A DNA stretch of 64,000 nucleotides from Polyangia bacterium (GTDB lineage Bacteria > Myxococcota_A > Polyangia > JAAYKL01), in assembly GCA_050287845.1 (NCBI GenBank), contig JBNKCR010000098.1:96001-160000 (forward strand), in the 5' to 3' direction. The position numbers and the translations under genes were made by a program. Of the stretch, positions 1-12,194 are shown piece by piece (the first letter of the stretch is position 1; each line of letters opens with the position of its first letter). The notes below the pieces were generated by a model that was not told where the DNA came from, searched no databases, and saw nothing but the letters and a program-made list of their open reading frames with translations.

Positions 1-976
1 GAATTTCTGCGCCGAAATCGCTACTGTTCAGCAGTCGAAGATTCTGGACATTCAATTCCAGAAAAGTTGACAGTAAATCGTTGTCCATAATGGTAGATAA
101 CAGCACATATCCAACGGGCGAACCGTTGGAGGCTGAATCCGCGAGATTGGAATCGATGATGAATACCAGTTGATTCAATTCGCTCAGAATGTCATCAACA
201 GTTTTACCCTTGAGTGTAATGTCGTTTTTCAAGTCAAATTTGATGACATATACATATGAACCGCCTTTGGACTCCAGAGTGGCCTTCCTTAGCGCTTCTT
301 TACTTATGTGGAACACCTCATTGCCATCATCATCTGTAACCCGAAGTTCATCATCCGCCAGCTTTCTGGGTGCCGGAGTATTCTGAGACGCAGATGCTGG
401 ATGCGGAGTATCGGGAGATTCTGCTGGTTTGTTGACGTTCTTAACCGGATCTTCCGGCTTATTGGGTGCCGGTTGTGTCGGGGATGGCGCGGAGGGAATC
501 AAGGGGGTATCCGGCATGGGGGCCGCTTTTCCTGCAACCGAAGCACCTGATGTGTCCTCAGGTGCGGCGCCGCGCTGGGTCGACTGTGCGGACGGCTCGA
601 GAATGTGCTGCAGACCTGCCATTGGGACGCTGATGTCTATGGCGTCCATTTCGCCGGGATGCGCCATCATCTCGTTGAGGACATCCACTGATTGAAGAAG
701 AACTGCGACTATTTCGCGAGTGGGGATGAGCTCTTTCTTTCTTATTTTTCCGAGTACATTCTCTGTGTTGTGGGCCAGAACTTTTGTGCTGTCCAGACCA
801 AAGAAACCCGCTGCACCTTTAATAGAATGGATGGCGCGAAATACCTTGTTGATCAAGTCATCATCGATATTCTCTCCCTGTTCCTCAAGGGTGAGCAGAT
901 TATCTTCAATTCCTTCCAGATGCTCTTTCGATTCTTCGATGAAAATCTCAATTAATTCATCATCTTGTTCGGTCAT
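1..976 (-). CDS. cheA: Chemotaxis histidine kinase CheA, N-terminal part (Hpt domain plus Pro/Ala-rich linker); continues beyond the window start
   Basis: Not in the ORF track. Manual translation from ATG at 976 (RBS AGGTGG) gives MTEQDDELIEIFIEESKEHLEGIEDNLLTLE...INKVFRAIHSIKGAAGFFG, with the Hpt motif FRxxHSIKG. The frame is open to position 2. Confidence 0.88.
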   Translation of the reverse strand, partial: MTEQDDELIEIFIEESKEHLEGIEDNLLTLEEQGENIDDDLINKVFRAIHSIKGAAGFFGLDSTKVLAHNTENVLGKIRKKELIPTREIVAVLLQSVDVLNEMMAHPGEMDAIDISVPMAGLQHILEPSAQSTQRGAAPEDTSGASVAGKAAPMPDTPLIPSAPSPTQPAPNKPEDPVKNVNKPAESPDTPHPASASQNTPAPRKLADDELRVTDDDGNEVFHISKEALRKATLESKGGSYVYVIKFDLKNDITLKGKTVDDILSELNQLVFIIDSNLADSASNGSPVGYVLLSTIMDNDLLSTFLELNVQNLRLLNSSDFGAEI

Positions 977-1359
977 TTGTCCACCTGTTGTAAACCGCGT
1001 AATGGTATCGACTTTGGCAATGTCTTTTCGCCAGTTATATTGGTAGATTACGGACGTGGAGGCCGATGCTTAATAGCGGCGAAGAAAATTTGGTTCATGT
1101 CCGGAATACCTTGATTTTTCAACGCATAAAAGTGTATGCGGAATCATATTGTGACAAACGGGTATTGAATTACTTGATATTGAATGCGATCGGACACATA
1201 AAGGTGACAGTGATAATCAATTTAACTTGCGAAGCATTGTTTCGAAAACTTGATTAGTCCAGTTGCCGCTTAACAAATCCTGTTGTATTTGTCCGGCAAC
1301 CTGCTAATGTGCGGAAAATTTTTTTTGGCTTCTACCAATTAAGAACAAAGGTGAATCAG

Positions 1360-2745
1360 ATGGGGAATACAGGCCCTGCGCAACACAAAGCAAAACGTGG
1401 ATTGGATTTGCCGATAACGGGCAAACCCACAGGCAGTGATGTCCTACAGATCCCATGCACGAGAGTGGCGGTTCTGGCGGACGATTACGTCGGATTGAAA
1501 CCATCAATGAAAGTCAGGGAAGGAGACTTGGTGAAACGCGGTCAGGCGCTGTTTGAAGATCGGAAAACGCCGGGCGTCGTGGTCACGTCCCCCGGAGCCG
1601 GTACAGTCGTGGCCGTGAATCGCGGGGAGCGCCGGGCACTTCAGTCCGTGGTGATTGAATTGAGCAGTGCGGATGGTTCGGATGACGGTGAAATGGTATA
1701 TTCCGCCTATCAGGCCGCGAGCGAATCCGAACTGGACAGGCCGGCGCTTGTGAAGCTGCTTCTGGAATCCGGAATGTGGACAGCATTCCGCATGCGTCCC
1801 TATTCTAAAGTACCTGCACCGGAAAGTACCCCTGCGGCAATTTTTGTCACCGCAATGGACTCCAATCCACTTGCCGCCTCTCCGGAGGAAATCATTTCCC
1901 GAAAAAAAGAGGCAATGGAAGCCGGGTTGGCGGCGCTGAAAACCCTGGCGAACGGCAAACCGGTGTTCTTTTGCAAAGCAGCAGGTGCATCGATGCCCGT
2001 GGAAAACCTGCATGGCGCTGAGGTCCACGAGTTTTCCGGTAAGCATCCGGCCGGAACCGTTGGGTTTCATATTCATCGCATCATGCCGGTAGATAGAAAC
2101 AGAATGGTCTGGTACCTCGGGTATCAGGATGTGATTGCCATCGGTTCTCTGGTTCGAAGTGGTCGATTGGACGTGAGCCGAGTGGTCAGTCTGGCGGGGC
2201 CGGCCGCCAAATCGCCCACTCTCGTTGAAACGCGGATTGGCGCCAGTGTAGACGAGCTTGTCAGCGAACAGCGAAAAAGCGTCGATGTGGCCGTGATTTC
2301 CGGTTCCATTTTCGCTGGAAGGTCGGCGACGGGTGACGTCCACGGATATCTGGGCCGGTATCACAACCAGATATCGCTTCTCGAAAATGATTTTGGCCGT
2401 CGATTTATCGGCTGGCTCGCACCTGGGTTCAACAGATTTTCTGTTACCCGTCTGTTCGGTGCGGCGCTCACTCCCGGAAAAAAATTCGATTTTACTACCG
2501 ACCGGTTCGGCGGGCATCGAACCCCGGTACCGTTCGGCGTCTATGATAAGGTGATGGCGTTCGACTTGATGCCGGTATTTTTGATTCGGGCGCTCCTCAG
2601 CAAAGATCTGGAAGGTGCGGAACAGTTGGGGGCATTGGAGCTGGACGAGGAGGACGTGGCGCTGTTGACCTTTGTGTGTCCGTCTAAAAACGAGTACGGC
2701 GGCGAATTGCGCGAAGTACTCACACAGATTGAAAAGGAAGGCTGA
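1360..2745 (+). CDS. nqrA: Na+-translocating NADH:quinone reductase subunit A
   Basis: KRGLDLPITG, RGERRALQSVVI, HPAG, LELDEED..L..FVCPSK.EYG motifs; first of six nqr genes; start set at ATG 1360 after AAAGGTGA. Confidence 0.95.
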   Translation: MGNTGPAQHKAKRGLDLPITGKPTGSDVLQIPCTRVAVLADDYVGLKPSMKVREGDLVKRGQALFEDRKTPGVVVTSPGAGTVVAVNRGERRALQSVVIELSSADGSDDGEMVYSAYQAASESELDRPALVKLLLESGMWTAFRMRPYSKVPAPESTPAAIFVTAMDSNPLAASPEEIISRKKEAMEAGLAALKTLANGKPVFFCKAAGASMPVENLHGAEVHEFSGKHPAGTVGFHIHRIMPVDRNRMVWYLGYQDVIAIGSLVRSGRLDVSRVVSLAGPAAKSPTLVETRIGASVDELVSEQRKSVDVAVISGSIFAGRSATGDVHGYLGRYHNQISLLENDFGRRFIGWLAPGFNRFSVTRLFGAALTPGKKFDFTTDRFGGHRTPVPFGVYDKVMAFDLMPVFLIRALLSKDLEGAEQLGALELDEEDVALLTFVCPSKNEYGGELREVLTQIEKEG

Positions 2746-2746
2746 A

Positions 2747-3973
2747 ATGCTCAGAAAGTTTCTGGATAAACAGGGAAAAGCCTTCGCAAAGGGCGGCAGA
2801 TTCGAAAAGCTGTATCCGCTCTATGAGGCCATCGATACATTTTTATACACTCCGGGAGCGGTCGCCAAAAAGGCATCGTTTGTTCGCGATGCGGTAGACC
2901 TGAAGCGAATGATGTTCACGGTGGTGATCGCGATGACGCCGGCGATTCTGTTTGGCATTTACAACACCGGGTATCAGGCGAACCTGGCGATGGCGTCGGG
3001 ATTGAGTGCACTGGACAACTGGCATACGGCCCTGGTCGAAATGCTGGGTATCGGCTTTGCCCCCGATAATCTGATTGCCTGTTTCGTGCACGGACTGATT
3101 TACTATTTGCCTATCCTCATCGTCACCTTCGCGGTGGGCGGGTTCTGGGAGGTGTTGTTCGCGGCGGTTCGTAAACATGAGGTTAACGAGGGATTTTTTG
3201 TTACAGGGATGCTGATTCCCATGCTCGTGCCCGCGACCATTCCTCTCTGGCAGGTCGCGGTGGCCACCTCATTTGGTATTGTCATCGGCAAGGAAGTATT
3301 TGGCGGCGTGGGATACAATATTCTGAACCCGGCGCTGACTGCCCGCGCGTTTCTGTTCTTTGCGTATCCTGGAGAAATTTCGGGAAATTCCGTATGGGTC
3401 GCCGTCGACGGATTCACCTCCGCGACACCGCTGGCCCTTGTTGCGGAGCAGGGCATGGGCGCATTGAACACCACAATCCAGATTGCAGGAAACGATTTCA
3501 GCATGTGGATGGCCTCCTTCCTCGGATTCATTCCGGGCAGCTTTGGTGAAACCTCCACCCTTGCGGCGCTTGTCGGTGCATTTATTCTGATTGTGACAGG
3601 TGTCGCCTCGTGGCGGATTATGATTTCAGTGGTGATTGGCGCGTTTGCCATGTCGTCGATTCTGAATGCTGTGGGTTCGGAGACCAACATGATGATATCT
3701 ATGCCGTTTCACTGGCACCTGGTGGTGGGCGGATTTGCTTTTGGAACAGTCTTTATGGCCACTGACCCGGTGACCGCGCCAGCGTCCAATACCGCCCGGG
3801 TCATTTACGGTGTGCTGATTGGTGTTCTGGTGGTGCTGGTACGCTCGGTGAATCCGGCATACCCGGAGGGTATGATGCTCTCCATTCTCCTGATGAACGT
3901 GTTCGCGCCCCTCATTGATTATTACGTGGTGAAGGCGCACAAAAAGAAAAGGATGGCAAGATATGTCGGCTAA
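2747..3973 (+). CDS. nqrB: Na+-NQR subunit B
   Basis: VRDAVDLKRMM, KEVFGG, flavinylation motif DGFTSATPL, FMATDPV, AYPEGMM; start at ATG 2747. Confidence 0.95.
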   Translation: MLRKFLDKQGKAFAKGGRFEKLYPLYEAIDTFLYTPGAVAKKASFVRDAVDLKRMMFTVVIAMTPAILFGIYNTGYQANLAMASGLSALDNWHTALVEMLGIGFAPDNLIACFVHGLIYYLPILIVTFAVGGFWEVLFAAVRKHEVNEGFFVTGMLIPMLVPATIPLWQVAVATSFGIVIGKEVFGGVGYNILNPALTARAFLFFAYPGEISGNSVWVAVDGFTSATPLALVAEQGMGALNTTIQIAGNDFSMWMASFLGFIPGSFGETSTLAALVGAFILIVTGVASWRIMISVVIGAFAMSSILNAVGSETNMMISMPFHWHLVVGGFAFGTVFMATDPVTAPASNTARVIYGVLIGVLVVLVRSVNPAYPEGMMLSILLMNVFAPLIDYYVVKAHKKKRMARYVG

Positions 3974-4742
3974 ACATGGAACTGCATACACAATGGGGTT
4001 TGCAGCGGCTGTCTGCCTTGTATGCTCCGTTTTTGTCTGTCTGTCGGCTGTGGCGTTGAAGGAACGACAGGATCAGAACAAAAAGCTCGATGAACAGAAA
4101 AACGTACTGAAAGCCGCTGGACTGCTCGGCGCTGATGAGGATGCGGATGCGGCGAAAATCAGCGAGTTGTACCAGTCGGTGGAATCGGTGGTGGTCGATT
4201 TGAAGACCGGCGAAGTCCAGAAGGATATCAACGCGGCCAGCGTGGATATGCGCGCGGAGGTTGCGGACAATGCCAGCAGCTATGCGGCGCCGTCGAACGA
4301 TGCCAAAGTACTGCGCCTGCCCAATCACGCCGTGGTATACGAAGTGGTGCAAGACGGCAAACCATCCATGATCATTCTTCCGGTAAGTGGAAAGGGATTG
4401 TGGTCCACGCTGTACGGGTTCCTCGCCCTTGATGTGGATACCACGACCGTCAAGGGTGTTTCCTTCTACGAGCACGGGGAAACTCCCGGGCTTGGTGGCG
4501 AGATTGAGAACCCGAGCTGGACAGCCCTGTGGAAAGGCCGAAAAGTGTTCGATGATTCATTTACGCCCGTGTTCAAAGTGAAAAAAGGGGTTGCGGGTCC
4601 TGCGGAAGAGTCGCCCCACGAAGTGGATGGCCTCTCCGGAGCGACTCTTACGGGAAAAGGGGTGACTGCTCTGGTGAATTTCTGGGTAGGTGAAGACGGT
4701 TTCGGTCCTTTCCTTGAGAAATTCCGGAAAGGAGGTAACTGA
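3963..4742 (+). CDS. nqrC: Na+-NQR subunit C
   Basis: N-terminal [26 protein letters not shown] attachment motif [10 protein letters not shown]. Confidence 0.95.
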   Translation: MSAKHGTAYTMGFAAAVCLVCSVFVCLSAVALKERQDQNKKLDEQKNVLKAAGLLGADEDADAAKISELYQSVESVVVDLKTGEVQKDINAASVDMRAEVADNASSYAAPSNDAKVLRLPNHAVVYEVVQDGKPSMIILPVSGKGLWSTLYGFLALDVDTTTVKGVSFYEHGETPGLGGEIENPSWTALWKGRKVFDDSFTPVFKVKKGVAGPAEESPHEVDGLSGATLTGKGVTALVNFWVGEDGFGPFLEKFRKGGN

Positions 4743-4743
4743 A

Positions 4744-5367
4744 ATGGCTTCGAAAACCAGAGAAATTCTGCTCGATCCGTTGTTTGACAATAATCCGATT
4801 GCTGCTCAGGTACTCGGAATCTGTTCTGCGCTGGCGGTCACCACCCAGATGTCCGCTTCCATCGTGATGGCTGTCGCGCTCACCGTGGTGACCGGGTTTT
4901 CCAGTCTGAGTGTGAGTCTGATTCGCAATTATATTCCGGCCAATATCCGGATTATCGTGCAGTTGACCATTATTGCCTCGCTGGTGATTGTTACCGACCA
5001 GGTGTTGAAGGCGTTTGTTTTTGACATCAGCAAGCAACTCTCGGTGTTTGTCGGTCTCATCATTACCAACTGTATCGTGATGGGACGCGCGGAAGCGTTT
5101 GCCATGCAGCGTAAACCCGTCGAAAGCTTTATCGATGGTATCGGGAACGGGTTCGGTTATAGTTTCTTCCTGCTGATGACCGGGTTTTTCCGAGAACTGC
5201 TTGGATCCGGCAAACTGCTGGGTCATTCGATTCTGCCGTTGACCAAAGACGGTGGATGGTACACCCCCAATGGTCTGATGGTGCTTGCCCCGGGCGCATT
5301 TTTTGTGATTGGCCTGTCAATATGGGCACTGCGAACCTGGAAGCCCATGTTGAAAGAGAAGGAGTAG
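4744..5367 (+). CDS. nqrD: Na+-NQR subunit D
   Basis: [18 protein letters not shown] and [22 protein letters not shown]; start at ATG 4744. Confidence 0.95.
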   Translation: MASKTREILLDPLFDNNPIAAQVLGICSALAVTTQMSASIVMAVALTVVTGFSSLSVSLIRNYIPANIRIIVQLTIIASLVIVTDQVLKAFVFDISKQLSVFVGLIITNCIVMGRAEAFAMQRKPVESFIDGIGNGFGYSFFLLMTGFFRELLGSGKLLGHSILPLTKDGGWYTPNGLMVLAPGAFFVIGLSIWALRTWKPMLKEKE

Positions 5368-5370
5368 GGC

Positions 5371-5988
5371 ATGCTCGAACATTATTTAAGTCTGTCACTC
5401 AAGGCTGTGTTTGTTGAGAATATGGCGCTCGCCTTTTTTCTTGGCATGTGCTCGTTTCTCGCCGTTTCGAGAAAAGTGGATACTGCTGTGGGACTGGGCA
5501 TTGCTGTCACATTCGTGCTTACAGTCACCATGCCCCTGAACTCGCTCATTTATCGCGGGTTTCTGACGAGTGGCGCCATGGGATGGATTCATCCGTCGCT
5601 GGCAAACGTGGATTTGTCATTTCTCAGTTTTCTCACCTTTATCGGCACCATTGCCGCCGTGGTACAGATTGTGGAAATGGCATTGGACAAATATGTGCCA
5701 GCCCTCTACAGCGCACTGGGCGTGTTTCTGCCATTGATTGCGGTGAACTGCGCCATTCTTGGCGCATCTCTCTTTATGGTGGAACGCAGCTACACCCCTG
5801 GGGAAAGTCTGGTCTTCGGGTTCGGTTCCGGACTTGGCTGGTTGCTCGCTATCGCTGCACTGGCGGCTATTCGGGAAAGACTGAAGTTCAACAATATTCC
5901 AAGTGGTCTGCAGGGACTCGGAATCACATTTTTAATTACCGGCCTGATGGCAATTGCATTCATGGCCTTTGCGGGCATCCAGCTGTGA
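5371..5988 (+). CDS. nqrE: Na+-NQR subunit E
   Basis: [36 protein letters not shown]-terminal FAGIQL. Confidence 0.95.
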   Translation: MLEHYLSLSLKAVFVENMALAFFLGMCSFLAVSRKVDTAVGLGIAVTFVLTVTMPLNSLIYRGFLTSGAMGWIHPSLANVDLSFLSFLTFIGTIAAVVQIVEMALDKYVPALYSALGVFLPLIAVNCAILGASLFMVERSYTPGESLVFGFGSGLGWLLAIAALAAIRERLKFNNIPSGLQGLGITFLITGLMAIAFMAFAGIQL

Positions 5989-6005
5989 CGGAGAGGAAGT
6001 AGACT

Positions 6006-7229
6006 ATGCAGGTAATTATATTTGGTGTTGCCATGTTCGTGACCGTCATTCTGTTACTGGTCGTCGTACTGCTTGCTGCCAAAAAGTTGATGGTTGCCCA
6101 GGGCAATGTGAAACTGCTGATCAACGGTGACGACAAGCTTACCAGGGAAGTGAATGCCGGTGCCACACTCCTTGACACCCTGGGACAGCAAAAGATTTTC
6201 ATTCCCTCTGCATGTGGCGGTCAGGGGACCTGTGGCGTGTGTAAAATTCAGGTGTTCGAAGGTGGCGGTGCATTACTGCCCACCGAAGCGGGGCACGTGA
6301 ATCGCAAAGAAGCCCGGGAAGGGGTTCGCCTGTCCTGCCAGGTTAAAGTGAAACAGGATATGAAGCTCGGTATTCCTGACGAGATATTCAACGTTCGAAA
6401 ATGGCAGTGCAAGGTTCGGTCAAATCATAATGTTGCCACATTTATCAAGGAGCTGGTGCTGGAGTTGCCAGCGGGAGAAGCGGTCCCATTTCGGGCGGGT
6501 GGATATATTCAGATTGAGGCGCCACCCCATCTGATCAAGTACAGCGATTTTAACATCGAAACAGAGTATCGCAGTGATTGGGACAAATTTAATATGTGGC
6601 GATTCGTCTCCAAAGTGTCCGAAGAAACGACCCGCGCGTATTCCATGGCCAATTATCCCGAAGAACACGGCATCATCATGCTGAATGTGCGAATTGCATC
6701 GCCGCCGCCGGGACAACCGGATGCGCCTCCGGGAATCATGTCGTCCTATATTTTCAATCTCAAGCCAGGGGATGAAGTGACCATCTCCGGTCCATACGGC
6801 GAGTTTTTCGCCAAAAAGACGGAGAAGGAAATGTGTTTCATTGGCGGAGGTGCCGGAATGGCGCCCATGCGCTCGCATATCTTCGATCAACTGAAAAGGA
6901 TTCACTCCGACCGTAAAATCACATACTGGTACGGTGCCCGAAGCCGTAGGGAATCATTCTACGACGATGAGTTCGATCAGTTGCAGGCAGAGAATCCCAA
7001 TTTTACCTGGCATCTGGCCCTCTCGGAGCCGCTCCCTGAAGACAACTGGGATGGACCGGTGGGTTTCATTCACCAGGTATTGTATGATAACTATCTGAAA
7101 GCTCATGAAGCCCCGGAAGAAATTGAGTATTATCTCTGCGGTCCCCCCATGATGAATGATGCAGTGACCAACATGCTGCTCGATTTGGGGGTTGAGCGCG
7201 AAAATATCATGTATGACGATTTCGGTTGA
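6006..7229 (+). CDS. nqrF: Na+-NQR subunit F
   Basis: 2Fe-2S motif [12 protein letters not shown]...RLSCQ, FAD motif [12 protein letters not shown] motif [21 protein letters not shown], ends DDFG. Confidence 0.96.
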   Translation: MQVIIFGVAMFVTVILLLVVVLLAAKKLMVAQGNVKLLINGDDKLTREVNAGATLLDTLGQQKIFIPSACGGQGTCGVCKIQVFEGGGALLPTEAGHVNRKEAREGVRLSCQVKVKQDMKLGIPDEIFNVRKWQCKVRSNHNVATFIKELVLELPAGEAVPFRAGGYIQIEAPPHLIKYSDFNIETEYRSDWDKFNMWRFVSKVSEETTRAYSMANYPEEHGIIMLNVRIASPPPGQPDAPPGIMSSYIFNLKPGDEVTISGPYGEFFAKKTEKEMCFIGGGAGMAPMRSHIFDQLKRIHSDRKITYWYGARSRRESFYDDEFDQLQAENPNFTWHLALSEPLPEDNWDGPVGFIHQVLYDNYLKAHEAPEEIEYYLCGPPMMNDAVTNMLLDLGVERENIMYDDFG

Positions 7230-7272
7230 TCTGTATTGATCTGTGGATGGTGAGTCCGGGACTGGCGGACAA

Positions 7273-7635
7273 CTATCTGCGGATTTTCAGATTGGTTTTT
7301 TCCTTGTGTTTTTCAAGGTGAATGGCCCGATTGTTTGCGGTTTGAGCAAATCGATTCACAATGTTCGGCAAATCTGAATTATCCCATACTTCCTTGAATG
7401 CTTCCGTGTTGAGCAACCGTTTATGTATCTGAAAGAGGGATTCACCCTCCACGGTGAATTGAAAGTCCTGTTGCTTCAATTGAAGATTTCCGTCAAATAT
7501 TTTTTTACAGAGTTCGCGAACAGCATAGTCAAAGAACTTCTCCACATCAGAAGAAGACTCCGCGCCGTTGATTTGGTTTCTGTACTGATGAACCAGATCG
7601 TTTTCAAATCGACTGTAGGAAATTTGTGTAGCCAT
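7273..7635 (-). CDS. Hypothetical protein, 120 aa
   Basis: Clean ORF with strong RBS (AAGGAG) and soluble-protein composition; no family recognised. Confidence 0.75.
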   Translation of the reverse strand: MATQISYSRFENDLVHQYRNQINGAESSSDVEKFFDYAVRELCKKIFDGNLQLKQQDFQFTVEGESLFQIHKRLLNTEAFKEVWDNSDLPNIVNRFAQTANNRAIHLEKHKEKTNLKIRR

Positions 7636-7953
7636 ACATCTCTCCTTTGCGGGGAACTGCGCCTGAGAACACCGACTGTGCCCTGTGTAGTTCCCGGTTG
7701 TTTGTTTTAAACGGAACTGCCAACGCGCAGTTGACTGCTGGACGGGTTCCGGATTTCAGTGAAAGGCATTCATATTTACCAGAAAGTTCTGCCATAGAAA
7801 AAACATATGCACGGATGAGTGTAACGCCAACCTGTGGTTGTCTTTTTTTCAACCTTGTTACGATGGGAAAAGAACGCAATATTTTGACGGTTGCGTAAAA
7901 ATGCATAAATACATATGTTGTGACCGGTGAAACAATGTCATGAGCGTGTTGAG

Positions 7954-8607
7954 ATGTCTGATTGTAATACTGTGATATTTGATTTCGATGGTACCCTGGT
8001 TGATTCCTTCGGGCTTTCCATGCGACTGAGCAATATGCTGGCGCCTCAGTATGGTTTTCGCACTGTGCAGGACAGCGAGGTTCCGACGCTGAAAAAGCTG
8101 TCATTACCGGAGTTGTTCAGACATCTTGAATTTCCCCTCTACAAGCTGCCGGTGATACTGGCCAAAGCCCGCAGGGAAATGGGGCAGGAAATCGAAGCAA
8201 TTCAGTTGTTTGAAGGTATCTGTCAGATGCTGGACAGATTACGCGCAGCAGGGATTCATCTCGGTATTGTCACGTCGAACTCCCTTGGCAATGTTCAGGC
8301 GTGCCTCGCCCGAAACGGGGTGATTGAGAAATTTGATTTCATCCACGCGGCGAAGAATCTGTTCGGCAAACATCGAGCGCTTCGAAAACTGATAAAAAAG
8401 CGGACGCTGTCCAGCGATTCTGTCATTTACGTGGGCGATGAAGGTCGGGATATTGAAGCATCCCGAAGGGTGAATATCCCGGTCATCGCTGTGTCCTGGG
8501 GGTTTCAGGATCGGGAACAGCTTCGGGTGATGTCACCCGATTTTCTGGCAGATATTCCAGCCGATATTGACGATTTTGTACTTTCATATTTCCACAAAAA
8601 GCAATAA
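7954..8607 (+). CDS. HAD-superfamily hydrolase (phosphoglycolate phosphatase-like)
   Basis: Motif I IFDFDGTLVDS, motif II GIVTSN, motif IV YVGDEGRDI. Confidence 0.9.
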   Translation: MSDCNTVIFDFDGTLVDSFGLSMRLSNMLAPQYGFRTVQDSEVPTLKKLSLPELFRHLEFPLYKLPVILAKARREMGQEIEAIQLFEGICQMLDRLRAAGIHLGIVTSNSLGNVQACLARNGVIEKFDFIHAAKNLFGKHRALRKLIKKRTLSSDSVIYVGDEGRDIEASRRVNIPVIAVSWGFQDREQLRVMSPDFLADIPADIDDFVLSYFHKKQ

Positions 8608-8687
8608 ACCGAACCACTGAAAATTTGGGTGTACTGCGAGGCAGGCGCAACGGGATGCATCAACCGAACCAGACGTTCAGATAAGAA

Positions 8688-8712
8688 CTGCCTGCATTCA
8701 GGCAGGTATTTT
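8688..8712 (+). terminator. Possible intrinsic terminator or hairpin between the HAD gene and sdhC
   Basis: CTGCCTG-CATT-CAGGCAG perfect 7-bp stem followed by GTATTTT. Confidence 0.4.
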
Positions 8713-8762
8713 GTCCTGTTGATATACGTTTGAGTCGTTATTCGGAAAGATTGAGAGGTCAA

Positions 8763-9449
8763 ATGGCGGATAACATAACGTTTTTAGAAACTTCTGTGGG
8801 GAAGAAAGTATTGATGGCCGCAACCGGCTTTATTGTGTTTGGATTTGTTGTCGGGCACATTCTCGGCAACCTTCAGCTCTTCATGGGCCCTGACAGATTA
8901 AATGCGTACGCAGCCTTTCTCCAGGGGTCTGGACTGCTGAAATGGTCTGTCCGCATTGTTCTGGGGCTGAGTGTAGTGGTCCATATCATCAGTGCGGCGC
9001 AGGTGACACTGCAGAACTGGCGGGCCAGAACCACAAAATATGCGGTGCAGAAATTTCAGAAAACCACCTATGCCGCGAGAACGATGTGGCTGGGAGGGCC
9101 CATTATTGGGCTGTTTGTCGTGTATCATCTGTTGCACCTCACTACGGGCGATGTGCACCCGATGCCCTCAGGATTCACCCCCGGCCGGGACGGGGTCATT
9201 AACGTGTACAACAATGTGGTTTTTGGATTTCAGAATCCACTGGCGTCCGGCATCTATATTCTCTCCATGGTTCTGATTGGCCTGCATCTGTATCACGGTC
9301 TGTGGAGCATGATGCAGAGTGTGGGGTTGAATCACCCGAAATACAACCCGTTACGCAAGGGGTTTGCTGTTGTATTCTCCCTGCTTGTGGCTGGCGCCGG
9401 CATTTCCCTTCCGGTTGCGGTGCTTTCCGGCCTGGTAACCCCGGTGTAG
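8763..9449 (+). CDS. sdhC: Succinate dehydrogenase/fumarate reductase cytochrome b subunit (b558 family)
   Basis: SVGKKVLMAATG, GHILGNL, HLYHGLWS; multiple TM helices with heme-ligand His residues; directly upstream of sdhA. Confidence 0.93.
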   Translation: MADNITFLETSVGKKVLMAATGFIVFGFVVGHILGNLQLFMGPDRLNAYAAFLQGSGLLKWSVRIVLGLSVVVHIISAAQVTLQNWRARTTKYAVQKFQKTTYAARTMWLGGPIIGLFVVYHLLHLTTGDVHPMPSGFTPGRDGVINVYNNVVFGFQNPLASGIYILSMVLIGLHLYHGLWSMMQSVGLNHPKYNPLRKGFAVVFSLLVAGAGISLPVAVLSGLVTPV

Positions 9450-9489
9450 CGATACCGGCAGACTTTTACTGACAGTCAGGAGCAGTTGA

Positions 9490-11402
<1,913 letters not shown>

Positions 11403-11403
<1 letters not shown>

Positions 11404-12143
11404 TGAATTTCAAGCTTAACGTGTGGCGCCAGAAGCCCGGTGATAAAGGAAAACTCGTATCGTACGATGCTGGCAACATCAGTGCCGATGCATCTTTTCT
11501 TGAAATGCTCGACGTGGTGAATGAAAGATTGATTGAAAAAGGCGATGACCCCATTGCATTTGATCACGATTGCCGCGAGGGCATTTGCGGTATGTGCGGT
11601 TGCGTGGTGAACGGGTACGCCCATGGGCATCGGGGGGGAACAACACTGTGTCAGCTGCATATGCGGGAATTTGAAGATGGCAGCGTCATTTATGTGGAAC
11701 CCTGGCGGTCCGCCGCGTTTCCCGTGCTATGCGATCTGGTGGTGGACCGAAGCGCCTTTGACGCAATCATCACCGCTGGCGGATACATCTCAATCCGCAC
11801 CGGTTCTGCGCCGGATGGAAATGCCATTGCAATATCGAAGGATGTGGCGGATGCCGCCATGGATGTGGCGGAATGCATCGGATGCGGCGCCTGTGTGGCC
11901 GCTTGCCCGAATGCGTCCGCCATGCTGTTTACTTCCGCGAAGATTTCACAGCTGGCATTGCTGCCCCAGGGGCAACCCGAGCGGATGACCCGGGCACAGC
12001 GGATGGTGCGCGCGATGGAAAACGCAGGATTCGGCGCCTGTACGAACCATGGAGAGTGTGAGGCCGCGTGCCCCAAAGAAATTAAAATGGACAACATTGC
12101 GCGCCTGAACCGTGAATTTATCTGTGCGTCTCTAAAAAAATAA
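11403..12143 (+). CDS. sdhB: Succinate dehydrogenase/fumarate reductase iron-sulfur subunit
   Basis: [34 protein letters not shown]. Confidence 0.95.
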
Positions 12144-12194
12144 TACCGGTTGTTCCGGTTGATTCCGGAATCCGTTTGCCTCTAGTATGGCGTC

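Noticed and set aside
1004..1040. GTCGATAC, a sigma28 -10-like element upstream of cheA
   Set aside because: No TAAA -35 element at the required spacing.
1205..1227. GTGATAATCAATTTAAC, a Fur-box-like sequence upstream of nqrA
   Set aside because: Only a partial match in an AT-rich region; not supportable without a genome-wide motif model.
1504..2517. 337-aa ORF antisense to nqrA (likewise 39365-40354 opposite galM and 25830-26750 opposite the OmpA gene)
   Set aside because: Each fully overlaps a confidently identified gene and shows no protein-family features.
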